A stretch of 55,795 nt of DNA, filler included, from Dugesia japonica (Eukaryota), in NCBI GenBank assembly GCA_001938525.1. It is 5 parts of 5 records of this genome, joined end to end, with 100 filler letters (N's around TTAATTAATTAA, not from the genome) between each part and the next. Parts side by side here need not be neighbours in the genome. Positions count along the whole stretch, not along the records: positions 19,352 to 37,437 come from MQRL01636858.1; positions 37,538 to 46,578 come from MQRL01618752.1; 3 more parts are not named here. One strand, given 5' to 3'. Shown here piece after piece: positions 24,702-38,199 of the stretch (positions within the stretch are counted from its first letter, which is position 1; each line of letters starts with the position of its first letter). Below the pieces are notes generated by a model. The model made no database searches. It had not been told where the DNA came from and worked only from the letters and a program-made list of their open reading frames with translations. Position numbers and translations under genes: made by a program.

Positions 24702-26469
24702 TAGGGCAATCTTTTTTAACCTTATAAAAAAGAAAATTTTTACTTGAAAATTTTTGACAAATTTTTTACCTTATATTTCTTTTTTAAACAATTATCACTG
24801 CTTAGTAGTCTTAAGATCTAAGAAAATTAAGGTTTGTAAATGATAAATTTATCAAGACTTAATTATTTATTGAACATTACAACAATAGAATATTTTATGT
24901 TTTCATGGGCAAAGTTTCGGTCTTTAGCTAAAAGTTTATTCAGCATGGAAAAACTCTTTTTTTGAAAAACTCAAAAAACACTCTTTTTTCTGCATGGAAA
25001 AAACACTTTCTTTTGCCCACTTAACAATTATTCCATCATCTTTAAAGTTCTCAACAATTGCTTTGATCGTCACAAAGTGCTCAGCATAGTACTTTGCAGC
25101 ATTTAACCAATTTGCCCATCTTGTGACAACATGTTGGGGTGGCATTTCAATATCTTTAAACAGTTCCTGTCTTATGTGGTTCTTTGTTATAGAAGCTTTT
25201 AAGGTGGCAATTAAGCAGTCAACATCATTGTAATGAGACTTTATTTTCAATGCACAATTCTGTAGTAAATGAGAAATGCAAGTCACGTGTATAAGCTTTG
25301 GATAGAATATTTCCAAAGCTTTGCCAGCAGTTACCATATAAGGTGCTGCGTCGGATATTAAAAGTAAAAAGTTTTGCCTAGAAATTTTCATCTTTAGGAT
25401 GTTGTCATCAATTCTTTGACACATCATTGAAGCATTTGGTGATGAACTTTTGTCTGGCAATCTACCAAATATGTTTTCTGGGGATCCGTGATCAATCCAA
25501 TTAATGTGTTCACAAATTTTGAACCACCAATGTCAGTTTCATTAATAACCAGAAAGCATTTTGCTTCATCAAAGTGTGCAATGAATTTATTAATTATATC
25601 ACTCGCAATTGTTTGAACATGGGATCTTGCATTGGTTTGAGAAGACCAAAGGTTTTTCGATTCCTTAAACAAATCATTTAGACTTTTAGAATTCAATTTG
25701 TGCAGAGGAATGTCTGCCTTGAGAAAGGCTTTTGTGATTTTGTAAGTCCATGAATTTTCACAAGCAGGATAGGATTCATCAATTTTAGGTTGTTTTGATG
25801 TAATGTTTTCGATAAATCTTTGATGTTTTTTTGAACTTCTGTGAGATTCAATAAAAAACTTTTTATCACAACAAACGCTGATCAGACTAACTTGCAAAAT
25901 AATTCGTTGTTTGAGTTGACAATGAACTAGTTTGAATAAGTGTTAGCAACAACTTTTGCTTTTGAAACATGAGCTTGCTTATCAATAATTTAATGATTTT
26001 TAATTTGTTCGCCAAAAAATAGTCAAATTAATTTAGTACATAAGATAAATAAAACCAAATTAAAATTAGAATCAAGTTATAAATAATTTAAATATTAATT
26101 AATTAATAATTATAAATACATAAAAAGGTTATAAAATTTCAGACTACATTTTGAAATAGTCTAGATAAAAAATTAGTAAAAAGTCATTTTCTTGTCTAAT
26201 GATAATTAATGAGTATATATTAAAAACAATTGAGTGTATTTCATACAAAAATGTTGATTTTTTTATCATGTGGCATAGATTAATTTGATAATCATTTGAA
26301 ATTTTCACTGGTCAAAATATTTTTGACCTTTTGATCAAATTTTTGACAATTTTGACTTTATCAATTTTAAAATAAGATACGTTTATGTAATTAAAGGTGA
26401 TTTTACATATTATTAACCTGTTTTGAGTAATTTAAGATGCAATTGACTTTTTTGACAAAAATTGCCCTA
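24702..26469 (-). mobile_element. hAT-superfamily transposon (DUF659/CGGBP1-like transposase) with both ends and an 8-bp TSD; ORF disrupted
   Basis: TIRs TAGGGCAAT...ATTGCCCTA; TSD TTTATAAC at 24694-24701 and 26470-26477; motifs LISDAAPYM, HVTCISHLL and TRWANWL. Confidence 0.92.
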
Positions 26470-28356
26470 TTTATAACATTTCGCATATAATAATAGTTCT
26501 TAGTAAAAGATAAGATAACGCAATATCTGTAGTGTCTTAAAACTTTTTATCAGTATTCTACATTAGTTAACTTCATTCTCGAATAGATATTTCTGAATTA
26601 AATTGAATATTTATTTGGTGCTTTCAGATTTCTTGAGATCTTTTTTAGTTGAGGATGTGTACAATGTTGACAATTTTACTTTTTTGATAAATATTTAATA
26701 ATGAATGTAATATTTTTTTTATTTTTTTAAAACGTTACTTATATTTTAAATTGATTTTATTTATGCTTTATAACTGTTTAATTTTATATTTTATATTTTT
26801 CAGTATCCAGTAAGTGAATATGTATATATTTTATGTTGTAAGTTTAATTAAACATTTGATGTTTAAGTTGATGTTGGCAGTATTTTTTTGCTTTGCTTAA
26901 TAGCAAAAATAATCTTATAATAGTCATATTTGACTTTTTTTACGTTATTGCATTAAATGCCTACATTGTAGCATTGATTTCATTATTTATAACATGTAAT
27001 TGAATTTTTATTAACAAAATAATCATTTAAATGGAGGTAATATTGTATTTTTAAATATATGAATAAAATATTTAATTATTATTCTCGCAATAATTGAAAT
27101 TGTAAAATATTCTTTGGTTTTTCAAAGATGCATTTATTGTTACAATGCACAAATAATTGTTTGTAAAAATCATCACAACTTAGTTGAAATTAATATAAAT
27201 GAAAATTTATATAGCGCTGTTGATAGTAATTTATTAAAGTTTAAAGAGCAGCGAATTGAATTCGACAATGACAAGTTCCTCCTCGAGAGAAGATGATTGA
27301 GCCAGTATTACAGAGAATGAGTACATTCTTCAAAGAATACTTTTTTCAATAGGGTCTAAAGGAATAATATAGGAAACAAATAACTATTATATGCTAATAT
27401 CAAAGAATGCAATCAAATACTATATTGGAAACACGGTGCAATGTAATTAAAGATGAATTCTGATCTTTTTCGGATATCTGGATTAAATCAAATATTTCGG
27501 AGTCTATTTTAAAACACCCCACTCATAGAGACTGCATCTTATTAGACTATTCATATTAAAAAAAATAATTTGAACACCTGGTAAACATTTGTGTAGATAA
27601 ATTCATATTAAAATTTAAAGGATTTTTATTATTATTTGAAACCAACGAGTGAGAGCATAAGAATCTGTTAAATAGGATGTTATGAAACAGGGTAAATCTA
27701 CGCTATCTTACTTTAATTGTGGATATATTACATAAGAAAATGTTTACCCTAGGAAAACACAATCTTCTGAAAATACACAAAATTTGCTGATGAATTTGGT
27801 GATTATCTACGCGTCTTTACAAAGTCATTGAAATATTTTCAATCTTTCACAGAGGTGCAATCATGACTTTATAAATAGTCATATTAAAAATTGCTGGATA
27901 TAAAGGGTTAATTGTTGAATCTGCTACATTCAAAATGTAACATTCGCATATCCATAGAAGAGTTAATAAAGTCTGTTTTATGTTTCAAATTTACATAACA
28001 ATTTAAAACTATTTAAAATAAAAATTAATAGCATTTAAAATAGATTCACGAAAGTTCGCATTTCCGAGACTTTCATGTGTAGTCCTTGAACTTTCTGTGA
28101 TGTCATATTTTGTAACATGTTTCAAAATCGAGTACTAAAATTTACCAAAATAATAATAAAAAGAAATTATAAAAAACGACAGGATATTAATTTTTTATCA
28201 TTAAAATTGACTAAATTTAATATTCCATATTAAAAATGTAATCCTTATGAAAAAAATTAATAGGAAAACAATAATTTTCTACAAAAATATAACTTATAGT
28301 TGAGTTAATAAAGTGAATTAATAAAATGATTTCATTAAAAATAATTTTTTTAATTT

Positions 28357-28591
28357 TACAATTACAATTATTATAGCGAGAATAATTGTTGGACGTAACC
28401 ATTGATCGTTTTTTAGAAAACAATAAAATATAAGCTTCGATAAATTTTTTTTGTTTTTATAATTATTCGAATTTTCGACTTAGTCTTCGTCAGGAATTGA
28501 CATTTTCCATTATCTTCAATTCCTGACGAAGAATAAGTAAAAAATTCGAATGGTTATCAAAAACAAAAAATTACTTGAAGCTTATATTTTA
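28357..28591 (-). ncRNA. Fold-back repeat copy A, with a minus-strand minimal hammerhead (28466-28500) and a degenerate plus-strand copy
   Basis: Minus strand reads aattc-CTGACGA-a-GAC-taa-GTC-GAAA-at-TC-gaat; ~75-bp inverted arms; CAATTATT..GCGAGAATAATTG tail. Confidence 0.7.
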
Positions 28592-28929
28592 ATAAATTTT
28601 TTTAATATTAATATTAAATAATTTTAAATATTTAAAATGTAAATAAATTACAGTCTAATAACTCTACATTTTAAAATTTAAAAATAAATAATTGTGATGG
28701 ATAACTGATGCAGACAAATTTTGATTGTTTTATTTCTACTTTTGTTAATTATTATTAAAGTGAAAATTGAGTAAAATTAAGTTGGTTTAAAAAGCCAAAG
28801 ATTAAACTCAATTTTTAAATGTCTTGTTGATGTGACTTTGGACATTTTAGTATTGACCATAGGTAAATTAAAATAATGTTTAAAATTTTGAAAATACGTT
28901 ACAATGGTTAACAAATAGTAATTAAATTC

Positions 28930-29270
28930 ATCAGTCAGTGTTCCTATTACGGGTATGCAAAAGTTTCCATAGATTTAAAAGAATTTTTTTTATTAATTTA
29001 ATTCAAATAACAGTACATTTAGCCAAAATATTTTCCACCACCATTTACTACATTTTTGCATCTTTAAGGCAAAATATAAATATCCCGATGAAAAAAGTCT
29101 TTGCTCTTAGATGGAACGAAGTTATAAATGAATTTTGGAACTTAAACATTGAGATTTTCTATCAGAAAGACTGTTGCAGAGATCGAAATAAGTGAGCATC
29201 TAAAGGTGAAATTCCTAGAGAATATGCCGTTTGTGGTAGAACTTCACATTTTAATTCAATTAAGGTGAAA
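28930..29270 (-). mobile_element. mariner remnant, C-terminal part
   Basis: Reverse-strand SP...LF.SL...F-type segment and W*KCS..NG.Y end; heavily decayed. Confidence 0.45.
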
Positions 29271-29799
29271 ATTGGGAGAATAAATATTTTATCACGAACA
29301 ATAATAAATTTATTATTTCGTTTTATAAATTAATTTTTTTTCATTCAACTTTTGAAAAGAACATCGATACAAATTTAGTTCTTTTAACACATATTTTGCT
29401 TCATTTTATTTATTAATTGAGATGTCAACTATTTAATTTTAAGCTCGCACAAAAGTCATCGTAAAAAAATCATTTCTTGTACGTTGGTCCAACGTTTAGT
29501 TTTTAATTTCAATTTAATTTATTAATTCTAATAAATGGTTTTAATTAAAATTATTCGATATCTAGTTTGTTTGTTTATTCGTTTCAATTTTTGAACTTAT
29601 TTGATTTTTAAAATATATTTATTTGAACAAAGGGTTTTCATTAAATTTTGTGAGAAATTAAATTAATTCTACGAAAACACCTAAAATTATTCAGGAAGCA
29701 TTCAGTGATTAATCATTATCGAGAAAACTGTATTCACATGGCACAGGCTTGTCATAGAAGGTCTTTTTTTGAATGTATAATTTCAAAAATAAATTGAAT

Positions 29800-30530
29800 G
29801 TATATAAAGTGTTTCGAAGTTTATATTCAACGTTTTTCATATATATGTAGCAATGGAAATGAATTACTTTGAAGGAGACAAGAAATTTGTATAAATAATT
29901 AAATAGGTAGTATTTTTCAGGGATAGATCGACATGATAGCCCATATGAGCTTCCGTGCTAGAATATATTGGATGAGGATGCAGTTCCTGGCCATTTTTGG
30001 GGATGGATCCGACAACACGACAATGAACATGTGGATGTGTATTATCGTGCAATACGATATGCTTATTTTTGTGAGGTATTTTCGTCTCTATTGCAGCGCA
30101 AATGTCGTCAAGTTGAGCCAGGTAGACGTCGCTGTTGATATTTAATTGCCGCTTTCCATTTTTGTCCGGTATCCGCTACTGTTGACGCTCATCGTCGTCA
30201 TTCCACCAATAACAAATAACGTTTGAGAGGATTTCCCAGTAAATAATTCCGTTTCTATCTCACCAAACACACCACATTACCTTATGAAAACGCCTTTCGG
30301 TGAAATACCTGGCGAAACACAAACCTTCTTTTTTACGATTTTGAAGAGAAGCCACGATTCATCCCCAGTAACGAGATTCTTCAGTAACATGGTTTGCTCG
30401 TTTCCCTTCAGCAAATCGATGAAAATTAGGATAGACTCAACTTTGATGTTTTATGACAGTTCATGGTAGACCCTTCCAACTAATTTCCATATTTTCTGAG
30501 CTTTTTAAGACGAAAAAAGCAAACGTAATG
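29800..30530 (-). mobile_element. mariner (DD34D-like) transposase remnant
   Basis: LVTGDESW, MHDNTHPHV and LHPHPIYS motifs. Confidence 0.85.
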
Positions 30531-30540
30531 TTTTAATATT

Positions 30541-30590
30541 TTTATTTGCAAGACATTTCGAACAAATCTAGGTCCATCATCAGTTACTGT
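30541..30590 (-). ncRNA. Minimal type I hammerhead ribozyme motif followed by AATAAA (Penelope pseudo-LTR-like)
   Basis: gtaa-CTGATGA-t-GGAC-ctagattt-GTTC-GAAA-tg-TC-ttgc-aAATAAA; stems I and II pair (with G-U). Confidence 0.7.
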
Positions 30591-30719
30591 TGTAAAATAA
30601 GATATGAATTTTTTTTAATTTGTGTGGTATGTGTATTAATTATTTAATGAGCATGTGCAATTAAAAATAAAGGTGAAACTTAACATTTCACATATCTGTC
30701 GAAAATAATTTTAATAAAC

Positions 30720-31480
30720 TAGCATACGTTTTTCGGCTTAATATATGACTACCTCATAAACTCACACTGACCAATTTAACATCACAAATATCAGTTTTTC
30801 TATTCTCTTTTGAAACATCAAGAAAACCAACTAGTTTTTAAGCACTTGGTTACTGTTGATGAAAAATGGGTTGTTTAATATAAAGTAGCGTGGTAAAGAT
30901 CACGGAGTCTTAATTCCATTTCATGACAAACAACATCAATGGCAGATTGCACCTCAATAAGATAATGGTTTCAGTTTTGTTGGATTTTAGAGGTTTCATC
31001 TACTATGAGCTGTTATCATCCCGCACAACTATTGATTCAAATATATACTGCTCACAATTATCTAAATTGAACATTGTAATCCATAAATCGAAAAGATGTT
31101 ATCTTTCAGAATGGCAATAAGAGGCCTCATATCTCTTTGGTCAACCGGATAAAAATAATAAGCCTAGGTTGGGATGTTTTGACTCATCCACTAAAATCAT
31201 TGAACTTGGCTCCTGTCGACTACCATTTATTTCGGTGGTGGCAGAATATCTTGAATGTGAAAACTTTCAAGGATAAGGAATCCGTTAAAGTGCATCTTGA
31301 TTCATTTGTTGAAAATAAATCCAAGGAGTTCTACGAACGCGGAATAATGAAGATGATAGAACGATGAAAGGAGATTATTGCTAAAAAATAGATAACATTA
31401 TTGAAATTGTTTTTATCAATAAAAATTTTTTATTTTTTTCTTCTGAAAAATTTGAACGAACTTATTTACCAATCTAATAT
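30720..31480 (+). mobile_element. mariner transposase remnant with its 3' end
   Basis: LVTVDEKW, KIMVSV, YYELL, LGWDVLTHP..S.NLAPVDYHLFR and FYERGIMK motifs. Confidence 0.88.
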
Positions 31481-32913
31481 AATGTATCAAATATATTTTG
31501 TTTATTTATTACAACATTGTGTTTAGAAAAGTGGATTATAAATTTGTTTTTATTTAAAATTTCTTTTGCGTCCTTAGTAACTAAAAAATTGCCGGTCACA
31601 TGTATAAATTAATATGATAGATTATTCATTAAAACTATTAATTTTTTGATATTTTATGCTTATTATATTAAAAATAGATAGCGATTTCTTATTTAGGTTT
31701 ATTTTAATTTTAGATGCATAAAGTGAGACTTTATTCTTCAATGTTCGCTAAGGGTGTAATACCTTTATTGATTATTAGCTTGCTTAATTATTTTATTAAA
31801 ACTAAAATGTTAGAATGTGCTTTAATATCGCTAAATTTATATAATTGAAAAATAATTCCTGAAAATTCTTTCAAAAGAAATTTTTTACTTTAATTATTAA
31901 AATGCATTATTTTTCGAAATTAAATAACAATTATTAATCCGTAGTTTGATCAAATTTTAAAAGAAATTCGATATAAAATTTTTAAACTGAAATTAATTTT
32001 CTTTAAAAAGCTTAATTATATAAATAACTTTCTAATAGATTATATCGTATAGATCGTTGTAGTAAATTGTACTTGCAAATCTTCGTAACAAACTACTAAC
32101 TTCTGAGTTTAGAAAAATTCATATAGATTCTAAGAATAAATGTAAGTGTAATGAACAATGAAAAGCTCAGGAAGAAGTATCTAACTTATTTCACTGACAG
32201 CATTATCGAGAAAATTACCTTAGGATATGTAGTGCAAATCATGTTCGAATAAAAACAAAGCATCAATTAAATTAAAGTGCATCTAAAATTTAAATGCAAT
32301 TTTATATTATTTTTTTTAATAATGTATAACTTATTAAAATTTAAAAAGAAATTATTATAAAATATATGGTAACATTTTAAAAAAGTAAATTTACTGATTA
32401 AATTGTTTTTTATGACAAATATTAATGTGAGTATTTAATACTGAATTATTAGAAAAATTTTTTGTTCTGTTTATCATTTTGGTTTCTATTTTCCTAAAGT
32501 CTTTCAAAATTCTATTTGTTGTTTTACGCGAAAATTGTTCAATAACATGTTTTATCGATAACAAAATCAAAAAAAAATGAAATGAAAATAAATAAAATTT
32601 CATTATTTCAAAAATTATAAATTTCTGTTCTATTATTACTCTATGCCGTTTAGAATTCATGTTTATGTTAACTAAAATATTTATAAAATTTATTTATATG
32701 AATTAATTTATTAGTAATTAATATTATCTTAATATGCAATATTAATAATTTAGCACTTGTAGTTTAATTAGATAAATTCTTAATTTTTTCTTCTATACAA
32801 TAATCTTCATCGAAATATTTTCTAGTATGTGCCATTTATAATTGCTATATTTAATTAATACATTTTTTAGTTTCGTGTTTAATTAGGTTGAATATAATTG
32901 ATTTTTTAAACAG

Positions 32914-33033
32914 AACAAACCTTTAAATCTTGTGATTCAAGTTGTATTGATTTCGGAATCCGTTAGATTGCAACAATTGCTTGCAACATATGGTATTGTA
33001 TGTCAAACTCCAAGGCAGGTTGAACCTATTCAA
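32914..33033 (+). CDS. PHKB: PHKB next exon, after a 10.9-kb intron
   Basis: NKPLNLVIQVVLISESVRLQQLLATYGIVCQTPRQVEPIQ resembles PHKB [35 protein letters not shown]; flanked by cag| and |gttagt; phase 0 matches 21986. Confidence 0.9.
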
Positions 33034-33319
33034 GTTAGTTTTTATGATTTTAAATTGTATTTATTTTTTAAAATTTTGGTTTATTTACAATCTAATAGTT
33101 TTACTTTCTTTATTGGAAGCTGCTATTATTTTTATTAATTATTTCAATTCAATGAAATAAAATATTTCCACATTAATATTTTTTATTCAAATTTTAATGA
33201 TATGTATTATGAGGAAATAATTATTAATTAATAATTTTACTCAATAGAAATTGAGTTATATAAATATTAATATTAAAATGCTTGTATTTCAATATTATTT
33301 GTATTATGAAACATGGTTT

Positions 33320-36050
33320 GTAGTAGTAAAATAAATGATGTCTCAAAATATTAGTAGTGATTTGCAAAATGAATTACCAATTGAAGATTTACCTAACATG
33401 GTGGCAGCGGTAAATACCGATTCTATTACAGANAGGTTATTGCCGAATATGTTTTGCAGAGGCGATGATATTGAGAAATTTATCAAACGGTGCGAATTGT
33501 ATTTTAAAGCTAAAAACATCACCCAGATGAAACAACAGGAGAGATTAATCTCGTATTTGTTAAATGAAGATTTGTTGGAAGAATATGCAAAGACATTGAA
33601 AACAGTTGAAGGTTTGCAGACTCGTTTACATATGGCATTTGAGAAAAAGAAAGATGTTATCAAAGATTTTCAAAATTTGATTAACTACAGGCGTGGAAAT
33701 GAAGAGATTCAAGTTTATTTTAAAAGTGTAAAAGATTTAGTAAAAAGATTATTTACAAATGAAGATTTTACTGAAGATAAAATGGCAGCAATAATGCTAG
33801 TATATTGTTCAGATAACAAAAAAGTTGAAGAAGTGACTTTGTGGAAACGAGAGAATATAGAAGAAATTGAAGAAACAATGAAGTTAGTAGATCGAATAGA
33901 GAAAAACAGAGATCGAGTTGATGCAGTTAGAAGTTACACAAGAAACCGGTAAATCGGTGAATAAGAAACCGGTGAATAGACATGTCGAGCAAAGAAAGGA
34001 AAAATAAAATATCGAATGTTAGTTATGTCATAAGATCGGTCATACTAAAGCAAATTGTCCGACAAAAAGTGGTAGAGTGCTGGAGTTGTCATAAAACAGG
34101 ACATGCAAGTCGAAATTGTCCAAACAAAAATCCAACAAAATGTTTTGGTTGTGGAAAGGTTGGTCATATTAGAAGGTTATGTCAAAAAGTGAGGTGTAAA
34201 CGATGTGGTAATGGTGGACACAGATCAGAAGAGTGCTAACCAAATTTGAAAGGGAAAAGAACAAGTGAGAAATTTATAACTGCATAAAGATCAAGAAACC
34301 GATATAATCGAGTACATGCGATTAAAGATGAAGATGTCAGTACAAGCGATGTATATGAGGAAGTATATTAAAGTGATTCCGATAGGCCAAAAGGCAGGGC
34401 TCCACTAGTAGAGGAGATGGTTGGAGCCATCCATTGTTAAATGAAGTTAGTAATTATCCTCAAAGGGTCAAAAATTAAGATGATATTGGAAAAGTTACAG
34501 AAAAGTACACAGATTCTTAAATAGTGACAATTTTGCGGAGGATAAAAAAGTAGAATGGGTGGGAACAGTTGAAGTAGAACAGAAAACAAATATTTCGTAC
34601 CATAAATTGCATGGCAGACCAAGTGTTACGGTATCAATTCAAGGAAATAAAGTAGAATGTCTATTAGATACAGGGGCTCGAATTAACGTGATGAGTTTGA
34701 GTGTTTTAATAAATTACAAGAAGTAAATTTAGAAATGAGTGATAAAAGATTGTGTTGTGTGAATAATAGTACACTTGAAATATTTGGGAAAGTTAGAACC
34801 GCAGTGATAATTGATGAAGTTTGCAAAGAGATTACTTTCTTAGTTGCTGAAATAGATATGCAGAAGATTTTTGGATACCAGCTTATGCGAACAGTTGATA
34901 GCAAAACAGATGAAAATGTCGAAAATTACATTTGCAATATTGAAGCAAAATTCTGGAGACAAATTAAAAAATTAGAGCGATTGACAAGAGCCTTAAAAAT
35001 TTTGAAGATTAAAGAGAATTAACATTTATTGAAAATAATTGAAAGTAAAGAAGATGCTTTTGTCGCAGATAAATGGGATGTAGCACGCACACATCTAACA
35101 AGACACAAAATAATCTCAAATGGTGAAAAGTGGTAGGCGGAATCAATGGAGCCATGGTTTATCTTGATGACATCCTGATATTTACGAACAATAATGATTA
35201 ACACTATGAAGTAATTGAAAGAGTATTGACGGAAATAATGAAGAATTAATACGGAAAAGTGTCAGTTTTTTCAAAGTGAAATTANNNNNNNNNNNNNNNN
35301 NNNNNNNNNNNNNNNNNNNNNNNNNNNNNNNNNNNNNNNNNNNNNNNNNNNNNNNNNNNNCAAACCTAACTGTGTGAAGAATATACGAAGTTTCTTGGGA
35401 ATTTGTAATTATTACCGGAAGCTTATAGATATTTACGCAAGAAAATCAAAGATATTAGAGCAGTTGTGCAGAAACCAGAAATTAGAATGAACAGATGAAA
35501 TAAACGATATTTTTGAGGGTATGAAAACATCTCTAATGACTGCACCAATATTGTGTTTTCCGGACATAAACATAGAATTTATATTAGATACGGATGTTAG
35601 TTTTGATACGATTGGAGCAGTATTGTCACAGAGAGATAAAGACGGAAGAGAAAGAGTTGTTGCCTATGGATCACACTCAATGACAAGTCATGAAAAAGGA
35701 TACTGCATTACACGAAAAGAATTATTGGCTGTTTGTTATTTCTGTATGCATTTCAAACATTACTTGTACGGTAGGAGATTTACTCTTAGAACAGATCACA
35801 AATCTCTAACTTTCATGATGACGACAAAGAAACCAATTACGTTGCAATTCCAGGCATGGATTAATTATCTGAGCAGTTTAGANNNNNNNNNNNNNNNNNN
35901 NNNNNNNNNNNNNNNNNNNNNNNNNNNNNNNNNNNNNNNNNNNNNNNNNNNNNNNNNNNNGTCAAATGTCACATGAAGATGCCAAGAAAGGGAAGATTAA
36001 ATCGAGAATACTGAACATAATTGAAAAGGAAAAAAACATCATTTAAACAT
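33320..36050 (+). mobile_element. Ty3/Gypsy remnant (gag, four CCHC knuckles, protease, deleted RT, RNase H), related to the copy at 2010-3150
   Basis: 205-aa gag ORF; CxxCxxxGHxxxxC repeats; LLDTGA, YLDD, LDTDVS..IGAVLSQ, KELLA and RTDHK motifs. Confidence 0.92.
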
Positions 36051-37537
36051 TTCTGAGGAAACAGATTTGATCAAGAATAAGAAAATTCCGGATGCTAAAC
36101 TACATGAAATTATTTGTTTAAATTCGGTGTTTATCTTCAATGTTCATTTTCAAATTCATTTTAAATAAAACATTTATCACATCAAGGAACAGATTACAAT
36201 TAAAAAGATATATTACTCTAATTTTTGGAGGAAGTCAACAATAACGTTTGCGGTAAGAAATTTTAATTATTATTTTATTTATTTGGTACATTTGAGATGA
36301 GATGAAACTAGTACTGAAAAGATTAATTCTAAAGTTTGCGGAGAAATAAAGATCATGGGTACGGAATGAATATTGAAAGAATGTGGTTCAGATGTCTAAT
36401 CTCGATATGGAAGAAATATTATTGTTCTTTTATAATTTTAACGAATATGGATTTGGAAGCGGTGACAGTCATTGATATATTTTTCAATCTGATACACTAA
36501 AATTGATAATAAAACAGAAGATCAAGGACAATCAATTATTTTGAATCGAAATAAATGTATCTTATTATATTTGTTATTTCTTTGTTAATTATTTACTATT
36601 ATTTTTTTTTACTGTCAATGTCAAATGAAATCGCTTAGTTTATACAAAAAATTAATAATTATACTTAATTTAAACAAGAATAATTTCACTTCATTTAAAT
36701 AAAAAATATTTAAAAAATCATAGTGAGGTGTTCCAGTGCGCTTCTATCTCACTACGTTTTAATATATAAAACAACTTAAAACATTAAAAACAGTTAATAT
36801 GTAAAAACCGTGCATTTTATTTAAAAATATTGAAATAATTAATAAAATAACATATGTAAATAAATTACCATCTTTAGTTATTATATCAAATGTCATTTGC
36901 TATTTAATATTTTAGTATGAAATACTATTTTATTTGTGTTTAAAATGCTTTATATTAAAATTAATTACTTATTATAGTTCTTCAAGGTTTAAGTTCTTTA
37001 TTCATGATTATAAATTTTTTATTCAAGGTTTTAAAATTTTTCAAGATTATAGTTTTTCTTATTTAAAGTTCTAAATTTTATAAAAAATTTTTAGAGATAT
37101 ATAACTTATTAAATTGCATCAAATAAGTTAAAGATATTGAAAATACTATTAAGAATGTTGTTTAATAAATAAACGGCTCTCTTGTGAGCATTACTTAACA
37201 CTTCTAATTTTTTTCTATAAACAATTGCATTGGTTTAAGTAGTCATTGTTGCTGGATAAAATTTCATTTAGTGCTCCTTCTATGGTTATTCCATTATTGA
37301 TAGGTTTAATGCTTCTAAATTTAGATGTTTTTGATGGTAAGGAATTCTAATACAACTTTTTTAAAAATAAGAAAAAGCTTCGATCAAAATAAAATTTATT
37401 TGTAAAAAGGTTCAAATTTTCGACAATATTCTTCTTCNNNNNNNNNNNNNNNNNNNNNNNNNNNNNNNNNNNNNNNNNNNNTTAATTAATTAANNNNNNN
37501 NNNNNNNNNNNNNNNNNNNNNNNNNNNNNNNNNNNNN

Positions 37538-37900
37538 GTCTAAGAGAACAATGGAAATTTGCCTTTGTTTCCTAAATCCATATCATCACGAAACTTTCAA
37601 ATCAGGTATAAATTCTTCCAAAAAATAGATGAACGCTACTTAACAACCAGAAAAGCCGGCTCAGATTGTATTTTGGAAGAGTTTTAGCAGAGAAAAGATG
37701 GCGTAAAGAAAACTGAAAAAATATGCCGGAAATACATACTATTAGACAATTCAGAGTAAGAAATTACGTTCTTGTGAAACTATAAACAAGGAATGAAAAT
37801 CAAGACAGATTCAAAGATGCTCATCGTATAAATGAGAACATTTGTGACATAGTGTATGCAGTACAAGACATGGATGGAAAACGGTTAGAGAGGAATATTA
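37538..37900 (+). mobile_element. Gypsy integrase 3' end remnant
   Basis: TTRKAGSD and GKRLERNI segments parallel 6530-6840. Confidence 0.6.
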
Positions 37901-38199
37901 ATAAACTTTAAAATACTTTTGAGGTGAATATAAAGAAAATATGTTTATTAAAAATTTTGGAAATTTGATTTTTTAATTTGAATTTGGAATTAATTAAAAT
38001 TGTTAGCCAATAAAAGTAAGTTAAATTAAATTTAATTAGAAAATTTTTCGTTTTCTAGTTTTTGTTAAAGCTAAATTTTAATTTTTTTAACAAATTATGT
38101 ATGAAACTGATAATGTCCTTTTTGAAAAAAAATTGTATAACAACATGGAGCTAATATTTCAGAAAATATATATTAGATTAACGATGCTAACTAAATAAG

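Noticed and set aside
28424-28591. A functional ambisense viroid-like replicon
   Set aside because: The two hammerheads are inverted copies of one sequence, only one is intact per element, and no head-to-tail multimers are seen. I kept it only as a fold-back ribozyme repeat.
32391-32660. 89-aa minus-strand ORF as a Penelope N-terminus or host gene
   Set aside because: The resemblance is only vague and there is no diagnostic motif.
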